DNA of 63,288 nucleotides, filler included, from Saprolegnia diclina VS20 (lineage: Eukaryota), in assembly GCF_000281045.1 (NCBI RefSeq). It is 4 parts of 3 records of this genome, joined end to end, with 100 filler letters (N's around TTAATTAATTAA, not from the genome) between each part and the next. Parts side by side here need not be neighbours in the genome. Positions count along the whole stretch, not along the records: positions 1 to 24,693 come from NW_008246165.1; 3 more parts are not named here. The stretch is one strand, 5' to 3'. Of the stretch, positions 1 through 11,542 are shown piece after piece. The stretch's first letter is position 1, and the number at the start of each line of letters is the position of its first letter. The translations under genes and the position numbers were made by a program. A model generated the notes under the pieces. It made no database searches. It saw nothing but the letters and a program-made list of their open reading frames with translations, and was not told the DNA's origin.

Positions 1-86
1 TGCATCGGGAAGCGGTCCGACTTGGGGTTGTGGCGCACAAAGTTGTTGTAGCCCACGAGCTTCATCTTCTTGTTTTCGGCCGACAT
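1..86 (-). CDS. HPD: 4-hydroxyphenylpyruvate dioxygenase paralogue, 5' end only (runs off window start)
   Basis: Reverse complement from ATG at 86 reads MSAENKKMKLVGYNNFVRHNPKSDRFPM, nearly identical to KKMKLVGYNNFVRHNPKSDKF of the HPPD at 1156. Not listed in the ORF track. Confidence 0.85.
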   Translation of the reverse strand, partial: MSAENKKMKLVGYNNFVRHNPKSDRFPM

Positions 87-100
87 GCTGAGCTGGTGGA

Positions 101-116
101 GAATTGAGTTGTGAGC
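101..116 (-). promoter_or_regulatory. putative oomycete INR/FPR core promoter of the minus-strand HPPD
   Basis: Minus strand GCTCACAACTCAATTC, 15 nt upstream of the ATG; resembles the oomycete TCAYTY..AWTTY consensus. Confidence 0.4.
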
Positions 117-1155
117 TTCTGCCTCGTGGTCGCTGCAAGGTAGAGCGATCAGTAATCACGGGCCGCCGGGCCGAGCGTCCCATCCGAGCTGCAGTATAAA
201 CGAGGTCGCCTTTTTAAAGGGCAAACCTCTGAAACATGATATTGAAGTATCAAAGATAGAGGTTTCTGTGCGGATTTGTAGTCTCTCAGGTGACCTTGTT
301 TACAAACTGGGGCGCGCAGCGACCGCATTTGCAATCGGGACTTTTTGTCCTACCGGAATGACAGAATCCGTGTTCATTTCGGACTTTGTGCAGTGCCGGC
401 CGTACAATTCGGACCGAAATTCGGCTTTGGCGCCGCTGGCGTCACCGATGCAGGCAACTTCAAGCACGCTGTCAGGTGCGCCCGTGGAAATCTCCTGCAA
501 GTGTGGGACCGACGTCGATTTTTTGCTGCGTAATCTGCGACCTTGCATCGCGGCCGGCTACGAGCTCATATCTCGACCAACCAGCTCGACACGCTCTCAA
601 GTCGAGGGTGCGAGAGATCGCGCAGGCACTGACCAAAGATTGGCTGCTTGAACGAGGAGCACAATGATCCTGTTGCGTCTTTTGCATCTAGATATGTCGT
701 CGAAGATGCAGCTATTAGGTGCATCCATCATGGCGAATGCATGGGTGCTTGCTTCACTCTGGGTGCGCTCTTTGGGTGAACCAGTAGAACTTGGTAGTCT
801 ATCGTCTTCTAGCCGAGACGCCTTCTGGTACCGGTGCACAGCCTCCACGGCACACAGCAAAGCATGCGAGAGCATGGAGTAGATTTGGCGCGTGGGGGCA
901 CTTCAACGACGCGTCTGCCTGTCTCGAAGGTCAGTACAGCGTTGGGTCAACGGCGTTGGCTGCCAAGGCACGGAAAAAAGGTGTTGCCTCGAGCGTGTAC
1001 CGCCCTTGGTAGCCGTTGCTTCACAGTTGGTTGCATCGAACAAGAGCGTTCAGGTCCACTCGATGTTGGGCGCCATTTTGGCGGTTGCGGGTTAAAGATA
1101 GCCAACGGCAACCAAGCGCTGACCACGATGGCTGCTCAGATTGAAATCATCTACC

Positions 1156-2540
1156 ATGTCGACAAGCCCCAAGAAAGCAAGCCCCAAGAAGGCGTCGAGT
1201 CCGACCAAGCGCGCGGCGTCTCCGAAAAAGCCGGCCGAGAGTCCATCCAAGAAGAAGATGAAGCTCGTCGGCTACAACAACTTTGTGCGTCACAACCCCA
1301 AGTCGGACAAGTTTGACGCACGCAAGTTCCACCACATTGAGTTCTACTGCCAGGACGCGACCAACGTCTCCAAGCGCTTTGGCTGGGGCGCCGGCCTCAA
1401 GTGCGTCGCCAAGTCGGACCAGTCGACCGGCAACCACAGCTACGCCAGTTATGTCATGCAAACCGGCGAGCTCCAGCTCGTCATCACAGCGCCCTACTCG
1501 CGCGCCAACAAGAAGGCCGACCAAGTGCCGCCGCACCCGGGCTACGATATCAACCACGCGCACGAGTTCAACAACAAGCACGGCCTTGCGGTGCGTGCGA
1601 TGGCCGTCACCGTCGGCGATGCCAAGAATGCATACGAGGTACGCTAACTGCATCGTGGTGCCGTCAACGCACTGACCCTGTCGCGTAGGTGTCGGTCAAG
1701 AACGGCGCCGTCGGTGTCTGCGAGCCCAAGACGCTCAAGGACGCCAAGACAGGCACGTCGCTCGTGATTGCCGAAGTGAAATTCTATGGCGACGTCGTCC
1801 TCCGCTACGTGAGTGGCGACTACAAGGGCCGCTTTTTCCCGGGCTACGAAGATGTCGAGGGTCCGGACGTCAGCATTGGTATCGAGCGCCTCGACCACGC
1901 CGTTGGCAATGTCCCCAAGCTCATTGACGCCGTCCAGTACGTCTGCGACTTTACCGGTTGGCACGAGTTTGCCGAGTTTACGACCGATGACGTCGGTACC
2001 GTCGACAGCGGCCTCAACTCGATGGTCCTCGCCAACAACTCGGAAATGATCCTCCTCCCGATGAACGAGCCGACCTTTGGCACGAAGCGCAAGAGCCAGA
2101 TCCAGACCTTCCTCGAGCAAAACGAAGGCGCGGGCCTCCAGCACATGGCGCTCAAGACCAACGACATCTTCCACACGCTCGCCGAGATGCGCAAGCGCAC
2201 GCACCTCGGCGGCTTTGACTTTATGCCCAAGCCGTCGGACGCGTACTACAAGAACCTCCCGACCAAGATTGGTGATACGTTTACGGCCGATCAGTACAAA
2301 AAGATCGAGCAACTCGGCCTCCTCGTCGACAAGGACGACCAGGGCATCCTTCTCCAAATCTTCACCAAGCCGCTCGGCGACCGCCCGACGTGCTTTTTCG
2401 AGATCATTGAGCGCGTCGGCTGCATGGAGGAGCTGAACGGCCGCTTGGAGCAGGCTGCCGGCTGCGGCGGCTTTGGCAAGGGCAACTTCTCGGAGCTTTT
2501 CAAGTCGATCGAGGACTACGAGCGCACGCTCGACGTCTAA
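1156..2540 (+). CDS. HPD: 4-hydroxyphenylpyruvate dioxygenase (plant-type), 2 exons, with Lys/Ser/Pro-rich N-terminal extension
   Basis: Exons 1156-1638 and 1689-2540 (intron 1639-1688, GT..TAG, frame preserved). Motifs FHHIEFY, LDHAVGNV, GLQHMAL, LLQIFTKP, FFEIIER, GGFGKGNFSELFKSIE. Confidence 0.96.
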
Positions 2541-3480
2541 ATCGCTCGCCAAAAAGGAACACAAAACACAAAAACTCTGCACCTTTACTCAAGACCCACG
2601 ATTTCATTCGATGGGACGTATAACAAATGATAATAACCTTCATTATACCCACGAAGTGCCATCGATGCGACTAAGTGCACCGATACATTGGCATCGTCAA
2701 ATCAATTCTTCTTGTGAGCCGCGTAAAAAATCTAGTACCTAGCTCTGTCTGAGCCCAGGGACCAGCCATTGGAATCAGAAGCCCGCGTAAGAAGATGATC
2801 GTTAGATGAACGACCACATCAGCACAGAATACGTGATGGACCAATCCCCGATCAGTGCTGCGACGTGAGTGACCGTTCGAGAGCTGGATAACCGTCATGA
2901 TGAAAAGCAACAGGATATACACCCGACTATGGAAGGACAAGCCATTCTGCGTCAAATTATTACGTTCATGCTCGCGATACCCGACTCTGAACGCGCCAAG
3001 GAGACTCCGTAGTAGGTAGCGCGATCTTTGCGCTCTTTCGAACGTGGCACCTCGATATGGGTGGCAGTGAAACTACGCTGGGTTCTCCGCCGCGAACTAT
3101 CAGATGACAGCTCCTCCGAGTATCTGTGCTTGGTGCAACACATGTCTTTGGCGGCCCAACGACGCGTCGCACCAAGAGAATACACATTTTATTCATTTGC
3201 GTCGCACCCTCCTCGAGTCGACGTCGGTTGATTCGACTCCAAGAGTCATCGTGGCTGGTCATTTCGCCTTCGTTCCCCTATTCCCCATCGCGAGATTCGA
3301 ATGCGAACGGTGTGTTCACCGACCGGTTCTCTTCGTACGAGCTGAGTTGGTATGACACACTCGTGTCTCTTGCGCGCCGTGCGCTCCGCTCCTCCGTTCG
3401 TCAATGCCTAAATATACGCGGTTGTTGAGCTATTCTGGGGCGCATTTTCGAAACCCTGACCATTGCCTTGAGTACCTCGC

Positions 3481-4421
3481 ATGGGCTGCCTCCAGTCCAA
3501 GGTCGAGACGGCGCCGACGACGCCGGTTCGCGAGACGTACGAAGACGTCGAGTTGACTGCATCGCAGAAGCGGCACAGCATCGTCAAGCCCGTCGAGTCG
3601 TGGATCATGAATCAGTCCGAGTACGTCGCCAAGTCCAACATTGACAAGCGCATCATCGAGATCCTTCAAGGCCGCAAGAAGACCATGGTCGACAACAACA
3701 CGTTCAACAAGTGCACCAACTTTGAGCGCGTCGCCCTGCAGTTTGGCAACGTCGAGATCGCGTTCATGTCGATCCGCGAAATGTACGAGCGCCACTGCGA
3801 CGTACGTGATGACGACAATGTGTCGACATTTGTACAATATTTATGTGGGCATAGGCCAAGGCCATGACGCTCGACAACTTTTGCAGCGCGCTCACGTCGT
3901 TTGGCGTCACAACTGACGAGAACGCGGTGAAGGACATCTTCAACGAGTCCGACATCATCCGCGACAATGCGCTCAACTTTAACGAGTTCGCCGTCTCGCT
4001 CGCGATCTGCTACCTTCTCGACATCATCCCCAACCTCTTCCACGCGCGCGGTGGCGGCGACGAAGACGATGCACCCGGCGCCGACTACAAGGAGATCGAG
4101 CGCGACGACGCACTCAAGATTTCCAAGGCGTTCGAGACGGTCGTGAACGCGTATCTGATGTTTGACCAGGACGCTAGTGGCATCATCAAGTGGGGCGAAA
4201 TGAAAGAGGTAGTGGTGCCCGTACGAGCTAGGTTGAGATCACGGGCGTAGATTCTCAACAAGCCCGAGAGCTCGAAACTCAAGTCCAACGCAGCCCACGC
4301 AAAGTTCTTCAACGTCGAGCGATGGAAGGAGCTCGACTGGAACAAGGACGGGAGCATCAACTTTCAAGAGTTCTTTCTCGCGTTTCAAAAGTGGGTCGGG
4401 ATCGACGAAGACGAGGGATAG
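3481..4421 (+). CDS. EF-hand calcium-binding protein (CML-like) with predicted N-myristoylation/S-acylation, 3 exons
   Basis: Exons 3481-3801, 3855-4208, 4251-4421 splice in frame. EF-hand loops DIIRDNALNFNE, DQDASGIIKWGE, DWNKDGSINFQE. N-terminus MGCLQSK. Confidence 0.88.
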
Positions 4422-4751
4422 ACCGCTGCGTATTTATAAAAAAACTCGTGGAACTGGTACAGTAGGTAATCTATGGTTTGGGGTCATTTTCGAATCTCAC
4501 TGCAGATTGCCATTTTCTAGTCGGTGATCTCGACTCGAACCTACTGGCCGAACCGAGGGTTGTCAGTCGTCAACGAGACTCACTGCAGTCGAAGTGCGTT
4601 CGACAGAGACGTGCATCGCTATTCTTGGGTATCCACATGGGTCGAGATGCCATCGCGCTGGGTTGATATACTGATACAATCATCAATACAGGGGAAGGTG
4701 TGGCGTCGTAAATGACACTAAAGCTCAAACTACATTGGTTGATTCATTCAA

Positions 4752-4937
4752 TCAGAGGACGGGTGCATTCGACGAGATTATGCACGAGTTCGCACTCAAC
4801 ATCGTTTTGCCCTTGTCGACTTGTATATTGTTGCGCGCTCGCCCAGCTGCAGCAGTGGCGCGAGCTGTGGCGGCAGCAGCGAACAGTGGAACGCGTGACC
4901 GTCCAAGCTGATGAGTAAGCGCTGTGTGAGGCAGCAT
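4752..4937 (-). pseudogene. possible decayed ankyrin-repeat remnant
   Basis: Frame-broken fragments VPLFAAAAT, LLQLG and NIQVDKGKTML resemble the ankyrin consensus; no intact ORF. Confidence 0.2.
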
Positions 4938-4998
4938 CGCGTGGCCAGTACGAGCCCAACTTGTGATACCACGAGCCCACGATCGATAGATAGTTCGT

Positions 4999-5024
4999 TA
5001 GATAGATAAATAGATAGATAGATA
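4999..5024. repeat. imperfect (TAGA)n microsatellite
   Basis: tagatagataaatagatagatagata. Confidence 0.7.
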
Positions 5025-5345
5025 TTGTGTTTGTTCGCGTTCATCAACACAGCTGTGCGAGGTGTCGTGATCTCGATGCGGATAGGTTTTGGTCAGTTGA
5101 CCAGACGACCGTCAAGGCAAGGGAGTAATTCCACGTCGTCTAGGACATATCGTTTGACGGCAACCAACATCTAGCGTTAATGTGGTCAGTCGCGCTCTCT
5201 CTCAACGACTCGTCCGAGTGCTCCTTGCGCCCAAACTAGCACACCGAACTAACAATAAGCATTTTTGAGGTGCAATCAGTTTTGGAGCCTATCTTTAGCG
5301 TGTCGTGGCAGGTGGAAAAGGCTTCGAAACTGCAGCTGCCGACGC

Positions 5346-7604
5346 ATGCTCGCGCCCGACCGGCTCGCGGGGCGCAGCGCCATTGACGCCAAAGGTTCCT
5401 TTTGCTACTCCTCGTGACAAGCGCACACAGGATCGCTCTAGATGTGGTCCGCGTCGCGCTCGAACCCAGAGGTATCATTGGCTTTATCCAGATCCCGTCG
5501 CTCGCGTCGCATGCAATGACGCTGGCCGAGGCGCGCACGATCATTGCTGCCACGATCGACCACGTGCCCGACGACGTCCAGTTCCTCTATGGCGAGATGG
5601 GGCTACCAATTGGCAGGACGCAAGAGCCATACCACCACGTCGTCGACCACTACCCGTGTATAAAGCTCCGTCCTGCTCCGTCGATCGCCAAGAAACTCAA
5701 GCCCACGACATGTACGACGCTACGTTCGCACCTTGTCTAACCCCCTGTAGACCAAATCTCGGTCTTAAACGGACAGACCCAAGGGCTCTTTGCGTCGTGG
5801 ATCCCAAGTACGTATACGTTCCAGCAGCTGCGGCGGGACGCGGCGCGCTACTGGGATATCCCACATGACGCCGCGACGCTTGTCGATCCGGACGGCTGCG
5901 CGTGGCCGGACGAAGCCTGCATTGCGTCCACGCTGCTCGAAAACGAGACGTTGGCGGCTACGACGCGCCTCGTGCTGCGCCACAAGAAGCACTTGCACGG
6001 ACCAACGAGCGTCGCAGCCCGGCCTCGCGCACCCACAAAGAACCTCGACGAGCGACTATGGTACATCTTTACGTTCTACTGTGTTCACGGCGACGCGCTC
6101 GATGTGCTCGGCATGACAGCGTACCAGTTCCACCGCTTTTTGCGCGACTGCCGGCTCTTCTCGTCGGCCTTTACGCCAGCCATGGGCGACGTCATCTATG
6201 CGTTTGAAGCCAAAGGCAAACTCGCCAAGCCGCTCGCCGCCTCCCGGCGCGCAACCGCCAAGCTGGACTACGACGGCTTCCTCAACGCGCTGGCGACGAT
6301 CGCTGCTCGGCGCTACGCCTCGGACGCGCTCGCGACTTTGCTCTCGACGCACGTGTTGCCGCGGGCCTCCTCGTGGCCGCTGCCCACGTGGCACTTCCAC
6401 ACGTCGCTCCTGCAGCAAGACGACGTGGCGCGCTTTGTGGGCAAGTTTGAATCCATGCTGCGCGATATTTTCGTATTTTACACCAACCAGCCTCTTTCCG
6501 ACACCGAAGCCGAGAGCACGATGGCGTTCAGCGACTATAGTCGATTTGTCAACGACTTTCACATCACGGAGCTTTTGCTCTCGACGCACGAGTGTCCCGA
6601 GCTCTTTCTTGCGTCATGTCAGTGCACGGGCCGGCGGGACACGATGCATTTTGATGCGTTCCTTGACGTCCTCGGGCGCGCCGGCCTCGTGGGGCTGACG
6701 CGCTATCGTCATCTGCAGCCACTTCAGTGCGTCAAGGCAGTGTTCCACCATATGACACGCGGTCTCAAGAGCTCGCGGGCGCTCGGGATCATCGCCAACC
6801 ATGGTCCAAGCGCGTTGTACGCGGCCCGCTTTTACGCCGGCTGCGTCGCGTTTAGCCACAAATTCCTCGACGTCTGGCGCATTGAGGGGTCCCCCGACTA
6901 CATCACGGGAGTGCTTCCGATACTGCAGGACAAGAGCACGCGCGGACGCGATATGCTAACGCAGATGATGGTGCGTGCGGAAGCCGCGCCCGTCGCACCC
7001 CTTCCACCCCCCGGGTCGCCCCCCACAGCGGCACGGCCACCTTCGGCACCAAGCACGACAACGATGACCCCGACCAATACAAAGGCCAAAACGCTCGTGG
7101 CACCTCGCGATCAACCCCCGGTGATGTCGTCCCGTGAGCGGACGCAAAAACTGAACCCGTCGATCGCTCGGGGTCCTCGACTCTTGCGCCTGTCACTGGA
7201 CGAGCACCGGTTGACGCTTACGCAAGGCAATGTTTTTCGTAAATTTGGGACGTGGGGTCAACCCCAGAGACGCTACGTGTGGTGTTCGGACGACAGCGAC
7301 GTGTTGTCGTGGCGCAGCCTCAAGAGCAAGAAGGCCGAGGAGAGCTTTACTCTGTATGCGATCCAAGCCGTGCTTCCGGGCAACACGGAGACGACAAAGT
7401 ACGCCTTCATGAAGCACCTCTCGGACGGTACAGTTTGTGCTAGTACAAGGATGGGTAGCTGACTGGTGCGTAGAGAAAAACCTCCGGCGGTGCTTCTCTA
7501 TCATAACCAAGGATCGGCGACTCGACTTGGAAGCCGACTCGGACGCGATCTGCGACCGGTGGATACAGGCGCTCACGAGCTACCTCACAAGCGGACGCGC
7601 ATGA
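5346..7604 (+). CDS. p25-alpha/EF-hand-like domains plus C-terminal PLC-type PH domain protein, 4 exons
   Basis: Introns 5395-5441, 5712-5750 and 7428-7473 join the ORFs in frame. LWYIFTFYC..FHRFLRDC..LDYDGFLNALATIA is p25/TPPP-like; LTQGNVFRKF..PQRRYVW..LSW..CFSIITKDRRLDLEA..DRWIQAL is PH-like. Confidence 0.75.
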
Positions 7605-8951
7605 ATGGAGATCCTGTAAAGATGAGTCGAGTATCTTGAACGTTTTGTCCATTGAATGCAAAGTGTTTGTTATTGTGATCAGACGATTTCTACTAGTATA
7701 GACAGATTCCACCCTGGATTCCATCGACGATGTTGTCAGCGGCAGCGTTCATGACATGCCAGCGTCACGACGTTTGACTGGCATCGCTCGACACCCCGAA
7801 TTCGTCAGGTCACCACGCTGCAAGCTCGATCCACTGCAAGCCAAATGCGCCTCCACATCATGGGCTACGTCAGTGCGTCGTGCGATCTACAGGATATGCT
7901 CCTTACACATGTAGAGTGTGAGCACCTACGTTTTGTGGTGTAGCTACGCGGCCCGCAGAGCCCTTCTGCGACCGACGAGGGTTCTTGTGACACCCAATGC
8001 TCGTCGATAGGCCATAGGGCATCTTGTTGCAGCGCGATGGCGACTTGAGGTAGGTTGCCCTTTCACTGCAACGCAGGTCCGGACGAAGCTCGTGGCGAGC
8101 CCTGTGGAGGCACCGATCGCTGTATTGTTCCTAGACTAGCACATCGTCGACCTCGTCCACGCCGTACCTTGTTTCACCGTCGCTTCATGCATCGCTTTCC
8201 CTTCTCTGGTTCAAGATATGGGAGGTGCAGCTGGCATCCCCTTCGAAGGCTCCAAAACTACTTACAACCGACTTACTGACTTACAACAGGTGCGCGGTCG
8301 TGGTCTGTGGACGCTTCTGTCGTCGTTCTTGACCCGGACACTCGCCAACTGACGCTACATGCAGCACGGGTCTGTCTATGCGACGATTGTGCGCGAAGGC
8401 TTGGTTGCGTGGACTAAAATTTTGCTCCAAAGTTACACAGCAGTGTCTTTTCAAATCTTTTCAAGCGTCTCTGCCCCTGCTCTGCCGTCTTTTTGCGGTA
8501 ATTTTCACTGGCAACTGGCAACGACAGGTGCGAACTGTGCCAACATACATGCAGCACGTGGGTCAGCCATGACAATGAGAATTCGACGCCGCCAAAAGCC
8601 TATTTGACAACGCTCTCAAACGATCTCTAGGACGGCACTGAAGCTCACTGCTACCATGGTAGTACTCGCACTCACTGACCACGACAGGTTGCGCGATCAA
8701 GGCGCCGTGGTTCATTGTCCAGACAGATCTGATGCATCACGACGCCACATGTTTGGCCGTATGACAAAAGGTACGGGGCAACAACATACCGTACATCGTA
8801 CATTCTATCCCGCATAAATCTCAATAGCATTTTACGGTCGGGCCACCGTACAACGCCGTACTGTACGTACCCACGAGCCATTGTCGAGTGTCCACATTGA
8901 TGTCCGTACCATCTGTCTCAACGGGATCTTTCAAATATTACCAGCTACCGC

Positions 8952-9790
8952 CACATCGATGTCACAGTATCCAGCCTGTTCAACCGGTAAAGAGATGGTA
9001 AATAGATACTGCGTTCATGCCTGCTAGACAGGTGTGCAAGCTTTTTTATTGCGGGTGTGTCAAGCTCGCATTCGATTAATTTCTCTCCGCTCGCCAGCTG
9101 TCGGATCCAATGCCAGCAGTTGGCGTGTATCAGTAAATATCCCACAACATACATAGGTCAAGGTATACAGTCGAACTTGTCTAACTGCATATCCCGAAAC
9201 TCAATAATCCTCTTGTGCGTGATATATCAGCCATTTATTTTTTCAGACTTCATAAATATTTAAATAAAAGGCGATTCAATGGCATTCTCCCAAGGGAGGT
9301 GAGGAAGATGAGGCCCAAGGCGAGGAAGATGACGCCGAGGTCAGTCACAGGCTTTGACGAAGGTCGAAGTTCCCAAGGAGATACCGGTAGAGCTGCGCGC
9401 TCGGCCGGAGGGCAAGCGATCGAGAAATATTTCGAAAAAAAAACGAATGTCTACGAAAGGTTCGTGATCCTCGACTTCTACTACGCGAACGACAGCAAAC
9501 AAAGGCGCACAGCTTAATTCTACCACGCCCACGGGTTTCCGACCTTGAGCCAATGCACCGTTTCGCGGTCTTACTCATGCTACGCGACAAGGCTAAGTGG
9601 CGCAGCAAGGCGCTGCATGCACTCGACATCATGCCACTACGTGATTAAAAATGTACGCTTCACTTTTATATTTTGAGCCTCTCACAATTGATATTTCTCT
9701 CAAATCTATCAAAAATACGCTATGCAGTTAGACAAGTTCGACTCTATCTCTTTACCGGTTGAACAGGCTGGATACTGTGACATCGATGTG
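8952..9790. repeat. perfect 45-bp inverted repeat (8952-8996 / 9746-9790), foldback/MITE-like
   Basis: cacatcgatgtcacagtatccagcctgttcaaccggtaaagagat and its exact reverse complement. Confidence 0.85.
9168..9744 (+). mobile_element. non-autonomous pogo/Tigger-like (IS630-Tc1-mariner) deletion derivative, 577 bp
   Basis: 24-bp TIRs CAGTCGAACTTGTCTAACTGCATA (9168-9191) and TATGCAGTTAGACAAGTTCGACTC (9721-9744, one terminal mismatch), flanked by TA on both sides. Internal remnant TNVYERFVILDFYYANDSKQRRTA*F..PTLSQCTVSR resembles the N-terminal HTH of pogo transposases. Confidence 0.75.
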
Positions 9791-9904
9791 AGGTACGCAT
9801 ACCAGTATCCGACCACCTGTTTAACAGATGGGGATAGTGTGACTTCGGCCTGGCGGCCGCTATCAAAAATCGCAGCTCTCTGTCCGGGATTGGCCACTTC
9901 TATC

Positions 9905-10840
9905 ATGACCCGCTCCACCACCCTCTTGCTCGCGCTCACGGTCCTCCTCTGCGTCGGCACGCTCATGCTGCACGTGCACCTCAGTGGGCTCGGCGCAGTG
10001 CCCTTTCACCCGCAACACCACTCGAACACGACCACTTTGCCCTCCACGACTCTGCCGTCGGCTCGCCACGCCTACATGCTCTACGCCACCAACGACATCA
10101 CCGCTTGCAATGCGCTCATCATGGCCAAGAACATTCGCCGGCTCGGGACGCCGGCCCACATTGACATTGTCGTGCTCGCGACGACCACGATCGCAAGCAG
10201 TACGCACGCTGCGCTGGCCGCCGGCGGACTAGTCGTCGTGCCCGTCGAGCCGTGGATGCAGCCGAACGCGCCCCACGACACGTGGTCGGCGTCGCTCACG
10301 AAACTGCGGATCTTTCAAGAGCGCGGCTATGACCGCGTGATTTACATCGACTCGGACTCGTGGCTTGAGCGCAATCTGGACCACTTGTTTACGCTGCGCG
10401 AAGCCGTGTTTTGGGCGCCGCGCGCGTACTACCAGTCCAACCAGCCATTTGTGGGCTCGACCTTGCTTGTCTTGACGCCGTCGAATGCGCTCTTTGCGCA
10501 GCTCGAGGTCGGGATCGCGGCGCACCCGAGTGACGAGTGGTACGACATGGACGTGCTCAATATTGTCTGGAAGGACTTGTACGGTATGCTCCCGAGCCAC
10601 TACGTCATTTTGAATGCGCACATCAACTCGAACGACACGTTTGGTTTTGCGAGCGCCGACGAGCGACGCGCGATGACGTACGTGCATCACTTTTCTGAAA
10701 TGACCAATGGCCGGTATGGCAAGCCGTGGACGCGCGGCCGTGTCCGCGACGAGGTCAACCCCGCGTGGCATCCGCATTTCTACGAGCTCTTCGACTTGTA
10801 CTGGGCTGCCCACGACGAGTATTGTACATGGATGCGATAG
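9905..10840 (+). CDS. glycosyltransferase family 8 (glycogenin/GNT1-like), type II membrane protein
   Basis: N-terminal signal anchor TLLLALTVLLCVGTLML; AYMLYAT, SLTKLRIF, YDRVIYIDSD (DxD), NLDHLF, DMDVLN, HF..KPW. The ORF-track start at 9722 lies inside the transposon; ATG 9905 is more likely. Confidence 0.88.
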   Translation: MTRSTTLLLALTVLLCVGTLMLHVHLSGLGAVPFHPQHHSNTTTLPSTTLPSARHAYMLYATNDITACNALIMAKNIRRLGTPAHIDIVVLATTTIASSTHAALAAGGLVVVPVEPWMQPNAPHDTWSASLTKLRIFQERGYDRVIYIDSDSWLERNLDHLFTLREAVFWAPRAYYQSNQPFVGSTLLVLTPSNALFAQLEVGIAAHPSDEWYDMDVLNIVWKDLYGMLPSHYVILNAHINSNDTFGFASADERRAMTYVHHFSEMTNGRYGKPWTRGRVRDEVNPAWHPHFYELFDLYWAAHDEYCTWMR

Positions 10841-11542
10841 TTGAATAAGGACATCAATAGATAGACTGCTAGACGTGCTCAATGTGGTGCAGTTTGCTCC
10901 ATATCGCCTACAGCAAACCTTCGTAGTCGTGGAGTGTGGTTGCCTACATCGAACGCGATCGGTCGCGAGCGCTGATACATTGATACATTCACGCAGTTTC
11001 AAGCCGACTTTGCACTTTCCAGCGTGGGCATGTCGATTCTAGTTGCACTGCTCGAGCAGGTATCCGCTTCAGCGACCAATCGCCGCTCAGCTATCAGCTG
11101 CAGCCATCCTTCGTAGTGCACTGTTGGAGCCGGCCCTACGTCTCGTTCGACCTCCAGCTCAGCCGATGCCGTGTCGCTGCATCTTCGTCTTGAGATGATG
11201 ATTACAAAATACTCGCAAACCCTACTAACTACCCAAGCCGACTGCACGACGCAGCTGCTTTGGCGACCCGTCCTCCAACTGCACGTCCCTTTGTGCTAGC
11301 TGAAAGACCTCTAACGCGAGTCCTCAAGACCAAGTGTCAAGCGTATCCCTAGGATGACGTTGCGACACGAGCAAGGCGAACGAGCCGCGGGATGGCTTCC
11401 GACAACGGCCTCTCGGTTGGCTGCACGGTATCATTCCTACCAAGCTCTCTCACACAACCTGTCGATTCGTAGGTCGACTCGAAAATAGGTGTTTCGTACA
11501 CGAAACTAGTTATTTGATTTGCAAAAGAGACAATTATGGTGT

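Noticed and set aside
9722..9904. N-terminal extension of the GT8 ORF
   Set aside because: Derived from the transposon TIR and foldback arm; the signal anchor starts at ATG 9905.
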